This document shows, piece after piece, positions 28,407 through 41,639 of a stretch of 64,000 nucleotides of DNA. The DNA is taken from assembly GCA_000442015.1 (NCBI GenBank), contig KE560636.1, forward strand, positions 1-64,000, written 5' to 3'. Source of the DNA: Rozella allomycis CSF55. Lineage: Eukaryota. Under the pieces are notes generated by a model that saw nothing but the letters and a program-made list of their open reading frames with translations, was not told the DNA's origin and did no database searches. The number at the start of each line of letters is the position of its first letter. Within the stretch, counting starts at the first letter, position 1. The position numbers and the translations under genes were made by a program.

Positions 28407-29162
28407 CTAACAAATTCTTGATTGGTCTAATTCAAAATGAGATAATATAAACCCTGTTTTATACCTATTAGCTACAATTTTCCAATATAGAACTTGATGT
28501 TGAACAGGTCTCTTCTTATCCCAAATCACTTGACACAATCTTTTAATGATAGATGTTGATTGTGAAAAGGCCGGAGATATATGAGGTATAGTAATAACGC
28601 TCCAATCATGAATTCTTCTGCATATACTCTTTCTAACATTCTTCACAGTCAAGTCCTCTAAAGAAGATGAATTAATTTTTAGAAGGAACCAAGGAAAATT
28701 CTTTTCTTGATCACTATCCATGTTAAGAATTGAAGTTTTTTGTAACTCTTCGTGGATTTTTAATATTGAAATAAACTGAAAAATTTGATTAGATATAAAA
28801 TTTATGGTTCCAATGGATAAATTAGCTTCCGCCGCTTGAATTTTTAAATGGATATCTCCCAAGTTTTGTTTGTGTACTCTTCCTTCAAATATTACAAATA
28901 CATCCTTCAACGTTTGAAAATCGAATCCTTTTAAGTATTCATGTTCACATTGTCTATTTCGCCATGATTTATCAGTTTCAACTAGAACATTGTCAGATAA
29001 TGGAATGAATTTTAAATGATCAAAATGAATAAAGCTAAATTTTGTAACATCAATTTCTAAATGAATTTGTTGAAGAGAAGAGATGATTCTTGACCAAATT
29101 GAAGAGCGAGGTGACAAGATACAAAATTCGATCATGAAAAAATGACTAAATATTAAATTCAT
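28407..29162 (-). CDS. Hypothetical protein (boundaries uncertain; may continue through an intron)
   Basis: 251-aa ORF with no recognised motif. Confidence 0.5.
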   Translation of the reverse strand: MNLIFSHFFMIEFCILSPRSSIWSRIISSLQQIHLEIDVTKFSFIHFDHLKFIPLSDNVLVETDKSWRNRQCEHEYLKGFDFQTLKDVFVIFEGRVHKQNLGDIHLKIQAAEANLSIGTINFISNQIFQFISILKIHEELQKTSILNMDSDQEKNFPWFLLKINSSSLEDLTVKNVRKSICRRIHDWSVITIPHISPAFSQSTSIIKRLCQVIWDKKRPVQHQVLYWKIVANRYKTGFILSHFELDQSRIC

Positions 29163-29341
29163 AAGTATCTTTAAAAAAGAGAAAAGATTTTATTTAGTAA
29201 ACTGTAATTGTAAGCCAATGTATATTTCAAGCCATGTCCCGGATTAATTATATACTGCTTAATATAACGGAAACCTGCAAAGAATCATCGATGTGACGAT
29301 GTCCATCGATACATGGCCACAATTTCTTTGTTTTGTAAACA

Positions 29342-30030
29342 ATGTTCAAGAATACTTTCCAGGTAATCTTACTTGAAATTTCTTATGCAGTCTGGCTTTT
29401 TATCAATTCTTTATAGTATTGGGTAATCAATCCATCTTGTTTCAATCAATAGTTCTAAGCCTTTACAAATATGGGACAAAAAGGTGAGTAACGGTCACAT
29501 TAAACGCATAACTGATAATGACATACAATCCAGTGTATTGGAAATCATAGGGACTAATGTTTCGACTACTTACATTAGTTGTCCGGCGCAGGCGAATCGT
29601 ACGTTAGGTATTAAATTACCATTTCTTGTTATGATTATTAAGAATCTTAAGAAATATTTCACCTTTGAGGTCCAAGTATTCACCATTATAGATTCTTTTT
29701 TTAGGTATTGGATGACAAAAACGTTCGAAGACGCTTCAGAGCATCTAATTATCAGGTGAAAACAAATTAATATAAAAATAGAGCGCTACTAGAGTAAAAC
29801 CCTTCATTTGCACGATGCCCATGAGACTCGATGAAGGATGGAACCAAATTCAGTTCAATTTGTCAGATTTTACCAGAAGAGCGTACGGCACCAATTATAT
29901 CGAGACTTTGCGCGTTCAAATTCATGCCAATTGTCGTATCCGAAGGATTTACTTTTCGGATAGATTATACTCAGAAGAAGAATTGCCGCCTGAATTCAAG
30001 TTATTTCTACCCATTCAAAAGCAACAATAA
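29342..30030 (+). CDS. CFAP20: Cilia- and flagella-associated protein 20 (FAP20/BUG22)
   Basis: [25 protein letters not shown]...[23 protein letters not shown]...[30 protein letters not shown]. Confidence 0.97.
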
Positions 30031-30117
30031 ACAAGGAATTCCAATTCCAAGTTCAACTTCTTTTTCATTAGTTTATTTTGATTATGTCTTCCGGCTTCCC
30101 ATTTTTGAATTTTCAGG

Positions 30118-30530
30118 ATGTCGATTCAATTGCGCGTCCTTTTATCCAATGGGAAAACGAATGATTTTTCTATCCCTGAGAACAAAAGTATTTTAGAGAT
30201 TAAGAGTATTGTATATGAAGCATGGCCAAAAGGTAACGTAATGATGCAGTAGTTGTAAGATTGGAATGAAACTAAAGTTGAAGGAGCTTCAAATATTAGA
30301 TTTTTACATAAAGGAAAGTTTTTAGACGATAATGAAATAATTAATAGTAAGTATAAATATTACTTTACAAAGGTCTAACAAAGCAAGATGAGAAATACAT
30401 TACAGTACATTTAGTACCTAAGGCAAACGATATCAATGGACCCCAATGTAATGAAATATAGCCTCTATTAATAGCGCCCATGGATACAAAATCGCAATTC
30501 GATGGCGATAAATGCTGCTCGATTTTATAA
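30118..30530 (+). CDS. UBL3: Membrane-anchored ubiquitin-fold protein (UBL3/MUB-like); not in the ORF track
   Basis: Spliced translation MSIQLRVLLSNGK...AWPKDW...IRFLHKGKFLDD...TVHLV...CCSIL*, ending in a CAAX box. Confidence 0.85.
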
Positions 30531-30551
30531 TAAATTGTCTGCGCCTCAAAT

Positions 30552-31586
30552 ATGTGGCAACTCTTAAATTGCAATTCACCATCTCCAAGGGTGGGGCATT
30601 CTTTAACATCTTTTAAGAATTATTTATATCTTTTTGGAGGAGCTAGTTACGAGGAAGGTTTTCTAAATGAAATATGGCAATTTGATATAGTATCGAATGA
30701 ATGGCTTCGTTTACAGCCTGAGAACCCGCCGAAAGCACGTTATGAGCACGGTGCTGTGCAAATTGGTCAATTTTTAATCATATTTGGGGGGCTTGGTGAA
30801 ACCTTGTTAAATGACTTATGGATTTTTGATTGTGAGGACAGTACATGGTGCGAGGTTTACAATAGAGATAGTACGGAATGGCCAAGTCCCAGAATGGCGA
30901 AGAATACAATTTTTGCGTCCAAATCTAATGAGGATTTTATTAATATTGGTCATCGAGTTGAGTTGAAAGATTACTATCTATTTATGGCTTTTGGAGCGGA
31001 TCTAGAAGATGAAGAAATAAAAGACAAAAATTTATACCAATTTAATTTTGGTAAATCAAAAAAGCTTTAAGCATAGAAACAAATAGATGGAAAATTGTTG
31101 AAACCACTAACGCGCCGCAATCTCGCTTTGGGCATGGGTTTGTAAACTTGGGAGACAAGGCTTACCTTTTTGGTGGAATGGACGCTCATAACACATTTGA
31201 TTCACTTTATGAACTGAACATGCGTAAGATGGACATGTTATAAAACAATAGGTAACTATGTTTGGAGGGTGATAGATGTCCCTAAACCACTTGCACGAGC
31301 TGGCTTCTCCATAGAAAAACATGAAGACAAAAAGAAATTTATGATTTACGGAGGCATGGATAAATTTAAAAAGACCTTCAACCATGAAACATTCTTTTTC
31401 GATACAGGTAAACTTTCTTATTACGTTAGACTAGAAACTTCTAAATTCGAACTTTTATTTGCTGATAAAATCCCAGGTACTTTGGTAGATTGTGATGTGA
31501 CTTTGTGCAACGACAAATTCTATATGTTTGGTGGAATGAATCAAAGCGGTGTATTCAATAGGATGTACTGCTTAGAATATCAATAA
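30552..31586 (+). CDS. Kelch-repeat protein
   Basis: Repeats PRVGHS...LYLFGG, ARYEHG...IFGG, SRFGHG...LFGG, MIYGG, YMFGG. Confidence 0.85.
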
Positions 31587-31700
31587 ACAATTTTAAGCAA
31601 TTGCATTATTTGCCGTTTGAAATGATTTAGCTTATTAACAGGTATTAACAAGTTCAAGAACACAAGGTATTTTGTAAAGAAAATTTGGAACAAGCCACGC

Positions 31701-32856
31701 ATGACCAAAAATTACACACCCAAAAATCCAGAATACTATGAAAGCTTGAACAAAATCCCATTGTTTATGGATAAAATGCCCGAAAACATTGAAGATAATG
31801 AAGTATTATTAGCCATCCAATCACTTCTGTATGATGGGACACCTGAAGGTAAGTTTTGTGTATTTTGCTTGCAAATAGATGTGGCTAGTAATTTTAAAAG
31901 ATCGGGAAATGAAGAATTTCAGCTTGGCAGATATGCAAGTGCTGCTGAATTTTATTCCAAAGCAATTTTACAAAAATGTGACAAAGAAGATCTTAACGCA
32001 ACCCTGTATGCAAATCGAGCAGCATGTAATCTTAAGTTGGGTAAAATAAAAATAAATTCTCGACAGAAAATTACAGGCAATGTTTGTCAGATTGTGCGCA
32101 GGCGCTGAAGAGAAAGCCCAATCACTTAAAGACTCTGTTCCGCTCTGCGGTGGCATCCTTGGCACTTGATAGATTGGAAGAAGCGAAAGATTCATGCAGT
32201 ATCGGATTATCTATAGATTCATCGGCAAAGGAATTTTCTGAATTGTTAAAGTCGATTTCCGCTCGACAATCGATCCTCGACAAAAAAATAACGGAACACC
32301 ACAAAAAAATGGAAGACGCAGATATTCAAGAAAAAAAGCTATTTGAGCTTTTAACAGTATTTTTTAACAGTCCTAAATATAGAAACGTCGTTATGCTCTA
32401 GCCAATGATCAAGACATTAGACCTAGCCCAATTCCTGTTGCGGATTATCAAAATATTCCAAAGCCTATCCCAGATGACGATTATATTAAATGGCCCGTTT
32501 TTCTTCTTTACCCTGCTTTTGGGCAAGCAGATTTTATAGAAGGATTTCATGAACTTGACTGCTTTCAAGGTAACAAATTCGATTATCTAAGAATAGACCA
32601 CTTGAATTTGATTTTGGCAGAACCTGCGCCTTGGGATCCAAACTTTGAGAACCGTGTGGATAATGTAAATATCTACTTCGAGGCATGGTCGGATTCCAAA
32701 ATGACAAAGAAAAAACTTTTTAAAGTGGCCCCTAATACGACACTACTAGAAGTTCTTCATCATCCCATGCTCACTATCTATAATGGAATTTTGTCGTTTC
32801 TGGTTGTGTCCAAGAATTCGCAATCAGAGTTTGAAGGCACGTATCTAAAAAATTAA
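31701..32856 (+). CDS. CNS1: TPR co-chaperone Cns1/TTC4
   Basis: IPLFM...LAIQSLLYDGTPE, FKRSGNE, LYANRAACNL, WPVFLLYP. Confidence 0.88.
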
Positions 32857-32932
32857 ATAAATTATCAATAAGAATTAAAATATAGGATATATATATATAT
32901 AGAATGATTAACTAATAGTATTCTCCGACAAA

Positions 32933-34602
32933 ATGGAACAATTGATCGAGGAAATATTTCAGGCAGTTAAATTCAAGGAATTGGCGCATAAGGATCTGAA
33001 TTTTAAAAAAATTGATTCTTTAAAGTCCAGTGATGATATTTTGTATCTCGTTCCCTGTATACAATCCCAATTGATAAATATATGGTCGACAAGCCATGAG
33101 GATGGATTCGGCTGTAATTTGGATATTTTAAATCATCGAAAAGCATTAGCAGAGCTAGAAATGAAACAAAACAGTGAATATTTCTTGACGCCGCTTTCAT
33201 TCTTAGTTAAGGATATACAAAGTTTGCGTTTGGATTCGAAAAACATCAAAAATATTCCACCTTACTTTAAGTACCTGTCTAATGTTAAAGAACTATATTT
33301 AAATGGCAATTCAATTGCGACTTTGGATAATGTACCTTTGAATGTGGTACTCCTCAGTCTAAACTATAACGGGTAAAATATAACATAACAGATTATGGAT
33401 AGAATCCATAAAATGTTGAACTTTAACAGATTCACTAAAATTTCTCGCCTCTTTTTATCACGAAACCAATTACAAGAACTACCCGAAGGATCTCTGCCAT
33501 GTACTTTGCTATCATTAGATCTAAGCTTTAACAGTCTAAATAATCTTGAAAGAACTTGTCAAGTTTTATCTTCATTGCAAAAGTTAAGGGTTCTTTGTTT
33601 GCAAGTAAAATGTATTTTAGTTCACAATAAAAGGGAAATTTCTTCTCACTATGCAAGATTTACAGGGACTATGTCTGCTCCAAAATCAAATCATTATCAT
33701 TCTTAGATGATATTGAAGTAAACTATTCAAAGTTGGTCCCATTCGATAGCGAAGCAGCTCAAAGTACAATACATGTCAAATATTAATAGTTATGAACGAA
33801 CTTCAGTTAGAAATAACATTTTCAAGATTAATGAATTTAAATGCACGCTTTTCTTCAGATGATAATTACGAGTAATATTGCTTATTAGCCGTTAATGTTA
33901 TTCTTATGAAGTTATGTTTGTATTTCCTCAGAAAGGAATAATCGATATAATAACAGAAGAGTTTCAAATCAGAAAGAATAATAATGAGCCTTTAGAGCTT
34001 GACTTTAGCTATATTTTAACCCAAAGTGTCAATATTGATACTATAGAAGCGATTGAAAGTATGAATTAGATTTATACCAGATAAGATGGTTTAGATATAT
34101 ATCTCTTGCGCAAAAGATACGCTGTTTTCGACATGCCTGTAGATAATGAAATTGAGGAAAGTGTAGAAACGCCATCACCTGCATTAGCTCCTGTTATAAT
34201 GAAACAAAGGCAAAAAGAAAAAGAAAAACCTAAATCAGCCTCAAAAACAAAAAAGAAGCAAACTTTACCGGACAGTAACAGTATAGACGAAGAAATGACA
34301 AGATTTGCGAAGAACCATCCAGGAAAGTCTTTGCATTGGCCAAGCAACCGTAAATATAGAAGATTTGTTGGTGGGAAAAGTAACTTAAGTCTTAAGAAAT
34401 TCAAAAGAATCTTGATTTGAAAAATGTTGATGTAAGAAAGTCCGACTATTTCATGAGGCACGATAAGGAGATGTACGATGCCATTAAGTCCAACCCCATG
34501 CAAATTGAAAACTCTCAAAAGAATAAAAAAGTTCAAGAGCCACTTCAAGACTTTTCAGAGAGACTGTGTAGTTTAGACATAAAATTTACATTTATTAAGT
34601 AA
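32933..34602 (+). CDS. Leucine-rich repeat protein, LRRC43-like
   Basis: LRRs (LYLNGNSI, LSLNYN, LDLSFNSL, LCLQGN) plus a lysine-rich tail. Confidence 0.65.
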
Positions 34603-34605
34603 TGA

Positions 34606-35942
34606 TTAGCAGATATCAAATAAATATTTGGAAATATCAAAATTCACAGATTTTGAAAGTTTGACGATGTAATCATAGCTAACATTACATTTTAGTTTAA
34701 GACAATCAATTTTCTCTAAAGAATTCATTTGGATCAAGAATCGCAATGAAACCAAATTTCTAACCTAATATTGCAATATCATTACTCTCATACCTGCTCA
34801 AATACATCAACACAGGGAGGGATTGATTCCGGGATAATATTGTAGAAAATGCCTAGCATTCTTTCAAGAACAAAAGATTTCGGGCCTTTAAGTAAAAGTT
34901 TCGATCTATCATTTTTATTCTTACTTTTAGTTTTCCTAATCGCACCGCCTTTCTTCTTTTGAACCTCAATCTTGGCGAAATATTTCCCATCCAACTTGGC
35001 GGGGTTGTATGAAGCCAAATAAGAAGATATTAAAAGATATTTGGAACAAACAGAAAGATCATTGTCAATAGAATCCCCGGCGAAAGATATTGTGCTGTTA
35101 GTAGTGTATTTTTCCATAATATCATCTCTGTTAGTGTCGAATTGATATAGCGATATTTCACGAAGGTAAAGTTTATTGATGTTTTGACTAATAAACGGCT
35201 GAATCCATTTGTACAGTCGAGCACGATCCGATTCTACGATTATACCCTGCTGAATTGGATAAATGTAATGAGGAAAAAGTAGTTTAGATAAATAAATAAG
35301 TTCCTTTAACTGACTACAACAAGCATGAAATATATCGTATATTAACTCTACGAAAGGCCTAACAACCGTTTGACAATATGATTTATCATTGCACGAATAT
35401 ATTTCTTCCGAAATAACATCAATAATCTGCTCTTTAGTATAATCAGAAAAATGAAACAAAATTGGATCTTGAAATGTTTTTGATCTAAATCTATCCCAGA
35501 CGATAGTACTGAGAAGAACAATAGTTATATTCAGATTCGATAATTTGTTCAAGTTAAACAGCGCTGTTAAAATCGAACCATCCCAATCTCTTAACTTCTC
35601 TGCATGATTTAATACCATGATAACGTTTTTATCAATTTGTTGATTTTTTAAAATAGAAGCAAAATCCAATGGATTATCGCAACTTACTGTATCTTCAGGC
35701 AAAAGATGACTTAACATGCGATCAAATAAAATTCTAGGTGTGAAACAATCCCATATATCAACATATAAATAGGTATCGTCCCGTTCGTCCATTATTTTCT
35801 TTATTACTTCCAATTTTCCAACACCTTCTTTACCATGGATAAATATAGCTGAATTTGACTATATAGACATTAAATTAACCAAATTTACCGTTTCTAATAG
35901 GGCCTTTAGATGTCTATATTGATCTTGCCTGTGTAAATGCAT
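34606..35942 (-). CDS. ORC5: Origin recognition complex subunit 5
   Basis: FIHGKEGVGK Walker A-like; HAEKLRD; HFSDYTKEQ; SKYLLISSYLASYNPAKLD; LKGPKSFVLERML. Confidence 0.92.
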
Positions 35943-36041
35943 ACACCAGTTTGAGGTCCAACCGAAATTTCGAAGTATGCCTTGTGAAAATATGTAATAA
36001 TAAATAATGCAAATACTTTAACGCCGTAAATAAATATGGAT

Positions 36042-36712
36042 TTATTCTTGTTCTCTTTTCAAAATTGCAAAGAATGCAATTATAGCAATAACCAAGTATT
36101 TAACTTTGGGATTTTCGTTCATTAAAATTGTAATATAACCAAGATAAGGTAAATAACTTCTTTTACAAACATCAATACTCTTACCCAGATACTCTTCCAG
36201 TGACTTCTTTTCTCTTGAGCCAATTTTTAGATGGTACTGCTTCTCTGTAAAGAACTTAAATTATTATAAAAATGGATAATACCTCTGTCATCTACGCTAT
36301 TATTATCACCCTTCGTTAATATCGTCAATGTAGTTGAATTTGATTTTTGATGAATACGCATTAATCTATGTACAATAGGAATGTCTTTTCCTTTAAGTTC
36401 AAACACTACAATGTCCCCGTGCTCTAAAGGCCTGTTGGCCATCGACAAGAAAAGAATATCACCTCTTTCAAAAGCAGGCGACATGGACTCACTATTTAAA
36501 AAAGAGCTGTTAAATTACGATAATACAACAACGATAGGAGTTGCAGTGTTGGTGGCCAAACCGATTGTCTTCCACATCATAAAAGCTGATGACACAACCA
36601 AAAGGAATGAAAGGATTTGAGTCATAAGCTACTACTATGAAAATAAAATATTTACAACTCGTTTGTTCATGCCCTTGAATGTTTTTAGCTGTGTACAGAT
36701 AGTGTCCATCAT
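36042..36712 (-). CDS. SEC11: Signal peptidase complex catalytic subunit Sec11
   Basis: [40 protein letters not shown]. Confidence 0.93.
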
Positions 36713-36733
36713 TTTTGTTCTCAATTTTCGTAA

Positions 36734-37723
36734 ATGTCGTCAAAGTTGGAAATGAGTGAAAACGATCGTTTCTTGGCCTTCTCAATTTTAGAATACTTTA
36801 AAACTTGTATTGAGGGCGAAAAAATTCCAAGCACAAAAGTGGAAGCCCTCAAAGGTAATTTGGAGTCACTGAACAAATGTAGTGGCAGGGGAATGTATCT
36901 CTGAAGCCTTCAACATTGATTTTAATAAAGATTTCGACAAATACCATACCTCATCCGTTACTCTAGAGAATATATTTAAGGTTTTTATGGAAAAAAGGGA
37001 AAAGCTCAACTTGGAACAAGAAGAATTAAAAATGAAAAAAGCGGAGGAATTAAAAGCGCAAGGGAACGTCAAGCTGTCTGAGAAATGCTACGAAGAAGCC
37101 ATAAAACTCTATACCGAAGCAATTGGACTTTATCCCAAAAGCGCTATTTACTTTGGCAATAGGTAAATAGTTTCTAATATGGTAATCAGGGCCGCTGCAC
37201 TCAGCCAACAAGGAAAGTATGACCAAGCTATTGAGGATTGCCATCAGGCGTTAAAAATTGATCCGAATTACACCAAGGCGTATAGTCGGTTAGGACTAGC
37301 ATTCTTGCAACTACACAATTATGAGAAATCCGTGGAAAATTACAAAAAAGCCTTATCTTTTGACCCAAATAATGAAAATATTAAGAATGCATTAGCGCAA
37401 GCAGAAAGTAAATTGCAAACAATTAATAGAAATCAAAACGAGAGTACGTCGGAGTAAATCTCTACAACATATTTAATAGATCTCCCTCAACTAACCCTCT
37501 TGAAGGCCTGTTGAATAATCCCTCACTTTCCGGATTATTGAACAATCCACAGGTAAAATACAGATTTTATTTCTATAGGTGTCAAATATTTTGAATAACC
37601 CTGAAATGTTAAATAATATAATGAATAATCCTGCTCTTATGAATATGTAATGCATAAAGTTACCGCTAATAAAGGGCTCAAAATTTCCTCTCTGGAATGG
37701 GCAGACAGGGAAATAGTAGTTGA
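36734..37723 (+). CDS. SGT2: Small glutamine-rich TPR co-chaperone Sgt2/SGTA
   Basis: EALKVAGECISEAF; AEELKAQGN...NRAAA...IDPNYTKAYSRLG; C-terminal LLNNP repeats. Confidence 0.88.
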
Positions 37724-38099
37724 AAACGAAAATAAAATAATTACATTATTTCACCATTTAGACCGAAAATAGTACAGATCATAATTGGTGACCCTAATGG
37801 TCTATTTTTATTCACAGTTCAACTGCTTATTAAATAATTAAGTAGATTCAATTTAAGTTACTGAAATACGACGATTTTGTCTAAAACAGTACTAACCCGT
37901 ATGCTATGGAAACGACTTGCAATGACACTTAGCGCCTACTAATACAATACAATTAACTTAACGAGTTAATGATGACTTAATATTGTGTAATTATCATTAT
38001 CGGACGGGGAGTTTACGACCCGGACTTCAGAAACATGTTGAGCTAATACCATTTTAAGCACCGCTGGTAGGAGATAAAAACCATCGCGGCTTGCGGCGA

Positions 38100-40350
38100 G
38101 GGCGCAGTCAAAAATTTATGAAATTTCCTTAAAATGTCGTCGCCTTTTCGCCGTCGCGGACCCGCCTTGTCGCTTTTGAAAGTCACGACATCATAATATT
38201 CTTTTTTTGTAATTTCTGATTGTTTTAGTTAGTTTGGATAAGCGTATTTTACCTAGAGAAGCGATAGAAAGGTTCACTGTACCAAACCAATTGTGGCAGC
38301 AAGTAATGAATAATGAAGCGTACGATGTTTGGTACAAAAGAAATTTAAGGCTATCATATCACCCCTTTTAATGTGCGCTCAAAACAAATTCGATAAGTTG
38401 GTGCGAACTCACACATTGGGTTTTAATCGCGCACGGCTTTGAAAAAATAAAAAGTTTTCCTGGGGTAGTTGGTGCTATAGATGGCACCCTAATTCCCATT
38501 GATCTTCCAAANAAAAAATTTATGAAATTTCCTTAAAATGTCGTCGCTTTTTTGTCACCAATTGGCGAAGATCCCCCTTGTCGCTTTTGAAAGTCACGAC
38601 GCAATATGAACCAAAATACCGCCATTTGCCTCTTAATACATCAAAATATTCTTTTTTTGTATTTTCTTATTGTTTTAGTTAGTTTGGATGGGCGTATTTT
38701 ACCTAGTGAAGCGATAGAAAGGTTCACTGTACCAAACCAATTGTGGCAGCAAGTAATGAATAATGAAGCGTACGATGCTTGGTACAAAAGAAATTTAAGG
38801 CTATCATATCACTCCTTTCAATGTGTGCTCAAAAAGATTTCCATAAGTTGGTGCGAAGTAAATTCTCTGCCTCATCACAATTCAACACGCGACATTGATT
38901 TTCGTTTGGCCGTCACATTAACATTTTGAAGCAGCTCGAGTGGTTTTCGAGAGGTTGCAGGGCATTATGGGATTAGCAAATATAGTGCTGTACATTACGT
39001 GCATCAAGTCGTAAATGTTCTTTATAAAATCTCAAACACCATTATTAAGTTACCTCAGACTGGAACACATTGGGTTTCAATCGCGTACGGCTTTGAAAAA
39101 ATAAAAAGTTTTCCCGGGGTAGTTGGTGCTATAGATGGCACCTTAATTCCCATTGATCGTCCAAAAGACTTTGAAGGATGGTATTGTCGCAAAAATTTTA
39201 CAGCTCTCAATATGCAAGGGATTTGTGACCATGAAAGACGATTCATGGCAATATCAATACGTTCCGGTAGTCATAATGACCAGTTATTGTGGAATCGAAG
39301 CATATTTGGTGATCGGGCAAATTGTATTATACCNATCACAATTCAACACGTGACATTGATTTTCGTTTGGCCGATCACGTTAACATTGTTAAGCAGCTTG
39401 AGTGGTTTTCGAGAGGTTGCAGGGCATTATGGGATAAGCAAATATAGTGCTGTACATTACGTGAATCAAGTCGTAAATGTACTATATAAAATCTCAAACA
39501 TAATTATTAAGTTACCTCAGACTGGAACACATTAGGTTTCAATCGCGTACGGCTTTGAAAAAATAAAAAGTTTTCCCGGGGTAGTTGGTGCTATAGATGG
39601 CACCCTAATTCCCATTGATCGTTCAAAAGACTTTGAAGGATGGTATTTTGGCAAAAATTTTACAGCTCTAAATATGCAAGGGATTTGTGACCATGAAAGA
39701 CGATTAATGGCAATATCAATACGGTCAGGTAGTCATAATGACCAATTATTGTGGAATCGAAGCATATTTGGTGGTCGGGCAAATTGTATTATACCACCCG
39801 GTTTTTACTTTTTAGNAGTTAGGTAGTCATACGGACCAATTATTGTGGAATCGAAGCATATTTGGTGATCGGGCAAATTGTATTATACCGCCCGGTTTTC
39901 ACATTTTAAGTGACGCAGGATACGCTTTGCAACCTGAATTGCTTGTTCCATATCCTGAAATTGATTGCAAAGTAATATCTTTGTACAATCATTACGATAC
40001 TAACACAAGAATCGTAATTGAATGTGCCTATGAAGACTTCAAAAATAGATGGCAAAAGTTATAAATGCCATTAAATTAAAACAGTTTTCGTGAGATGGCT
40101 AAAATCGTTGGGGCTTTGTAACCCTGCACAAGTTGACTTTAAAGACAATACAGTTTTGGAAGAAAATTTTGACAATGTGTTTTACTCTGATAACACGCCA
40201 GCCAGCAGATATTGTTCATAAAAATATTCGACATAGAATTGCCGAGAGTAAACGTAATTCTATTAAAAAAATTGTTCCAAGCACAAAAACTAAATACATA
40301 AATTATTTTATTTCCTACCTTCACAATACAATCAAGCGTATTAAATAGGG
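38100..40350 (+). mobile_element. PIF/Harbinger DNA transposon: at least four overlapping, degenerate partial copies separated by N joins
   Basis: DDE_Tnp_4 motifs FPGVVGAIDGTLIPI, RKNFTALNMQGICD, GSHND, LSDAGY, TRIVIECAY..FKNRW; HTH SGFREVAGHYGISK; stops and frameshifts. Confidence 0.9.
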
Positions 40351-40398
40351 CATACATGGCTTCATTTAAATTCCTTTGAGATTCCGAAATCAGGTTTN

Positions 40399-41213
40399 GA
40401 GTAATTATCACAAATTTACATAATAGTGCAAAGAGGATTAACGATCCATTCTACACACTAGATTTCGGCAATATTTTAACTACAAATCAGCCATACGACA
40501 TTTCTCTAGAACTTTTATTGCCAACTAGTCCTGTTAACGTGGGCATGGGTAATTTTATGATCAAAGTAGATCTACTCAATGCTAAAGATGAATTAATAGC
40601 ATCATGTTCGAAACCCGCCTTGTTAAGATATGAATCACTGCTGGTTAAAACAATCAAGACGGCATTCTTTGGAATGCTATATATCTTTAATTTCAAGAAA
40701 GAAGAGGAAACTTTAATTGTGACATCTTTTAATGGGTACAAAGACACTATTGTAATTAAATCATTTTGTGGTATTTAGAGTTCAAGTGCCACTAAGGTCA
40801 ATATTACTATATTGGATCCCAATATCCAGATTTATGAAGCTTTTATCAGATTCGATGCCTTATTTACTGGGTTAAGGTACACAGAAAACTGCCAATTCAT
40901 AAGATTTTATATGTACTTTTGGAAATACACAACTGCAACATTTTTTGTGTTAATATTATTCTCTATTGAAGCATTTCTGGCGTTTTGTGTAGTATACTGC
41001 GTTTATTCATTAACTATGGAAATCAATTGTAAAACTGAGTCAGTGTCGGATATTGAAAACGAGAGTGAAGACAATCTATTAACTAATGGGCATACAAAAG
41101 TTTTAGATAAGATAAATGGGGACGCCATTGTTCCTGAAATCAATGCCACCACTAGCTCAAGTGAAAGTGAAGGGCCCCCCTCAGACCAATTTCGGTCGAC
41201 AAAAAATTTTTAA
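40399..41213 (+). CDS. Seipin (BSCL2 family); 5' end lost at N gap
   Basis: QPYDISLELLLPTSPVNVGMGNFM, KPALLRYES, IQIYEAFIRFDALFTGLRFYMYFW then a TM helix. Confidence 0.88.
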
Positions 41214-41639
41214 CCTGTCCAGAATAAAATTAGTTTTGCATATTAAATACTAAATAGTTTATTTAGTTCATTTTATTTAGCCTCGCCAAATTCTGAATTG
41301 GGCGACGTGAACGAAAGAACAAGACATTGACAAAGACCAATCTAAAATCACGTTCAAAACATGTTTTCTGAAACTTTTGTTAATCAAATGCCATAGAATT
41401 TGGACAATTCAGGATATTACCTCTCTATGTGGGCATATACTTTTCTATGGAATTACCTTTAGAAATCTAAAGTTGATTAGTTATGCTAACAAACGACTTG
41501 ACAAACCATGGGATTTTTAGATGTCTCTTGTGAAGTAATGCAGTTATGTTACAAAGTGGATTTTGGCGAGGAAGCCAAAATCATATTTCTGAACCTTGCT
41601 ACCTTAAATATAAAAAATTATACCCCTGTCATTTGTCAA

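Noticed and set aside
28082-28450. Possible small plus-strand gene
   Set aside because: Could not build a consistent spliced frame from a start codon
29290-29325. RFX X-box upstream of CFAP20
   Set aside because: Only a partial palindrome; too weak to call
37995-38125. tRNA-like (GGACTTCAG) or snRNA-like (AATTTTTG Sm-site) GC-rich stretch
   Set aside because: No cloverleaf, no TTCGA T-loop and no U-snRNA 5' motif; it is contiguous with Harbinger flanking DNA
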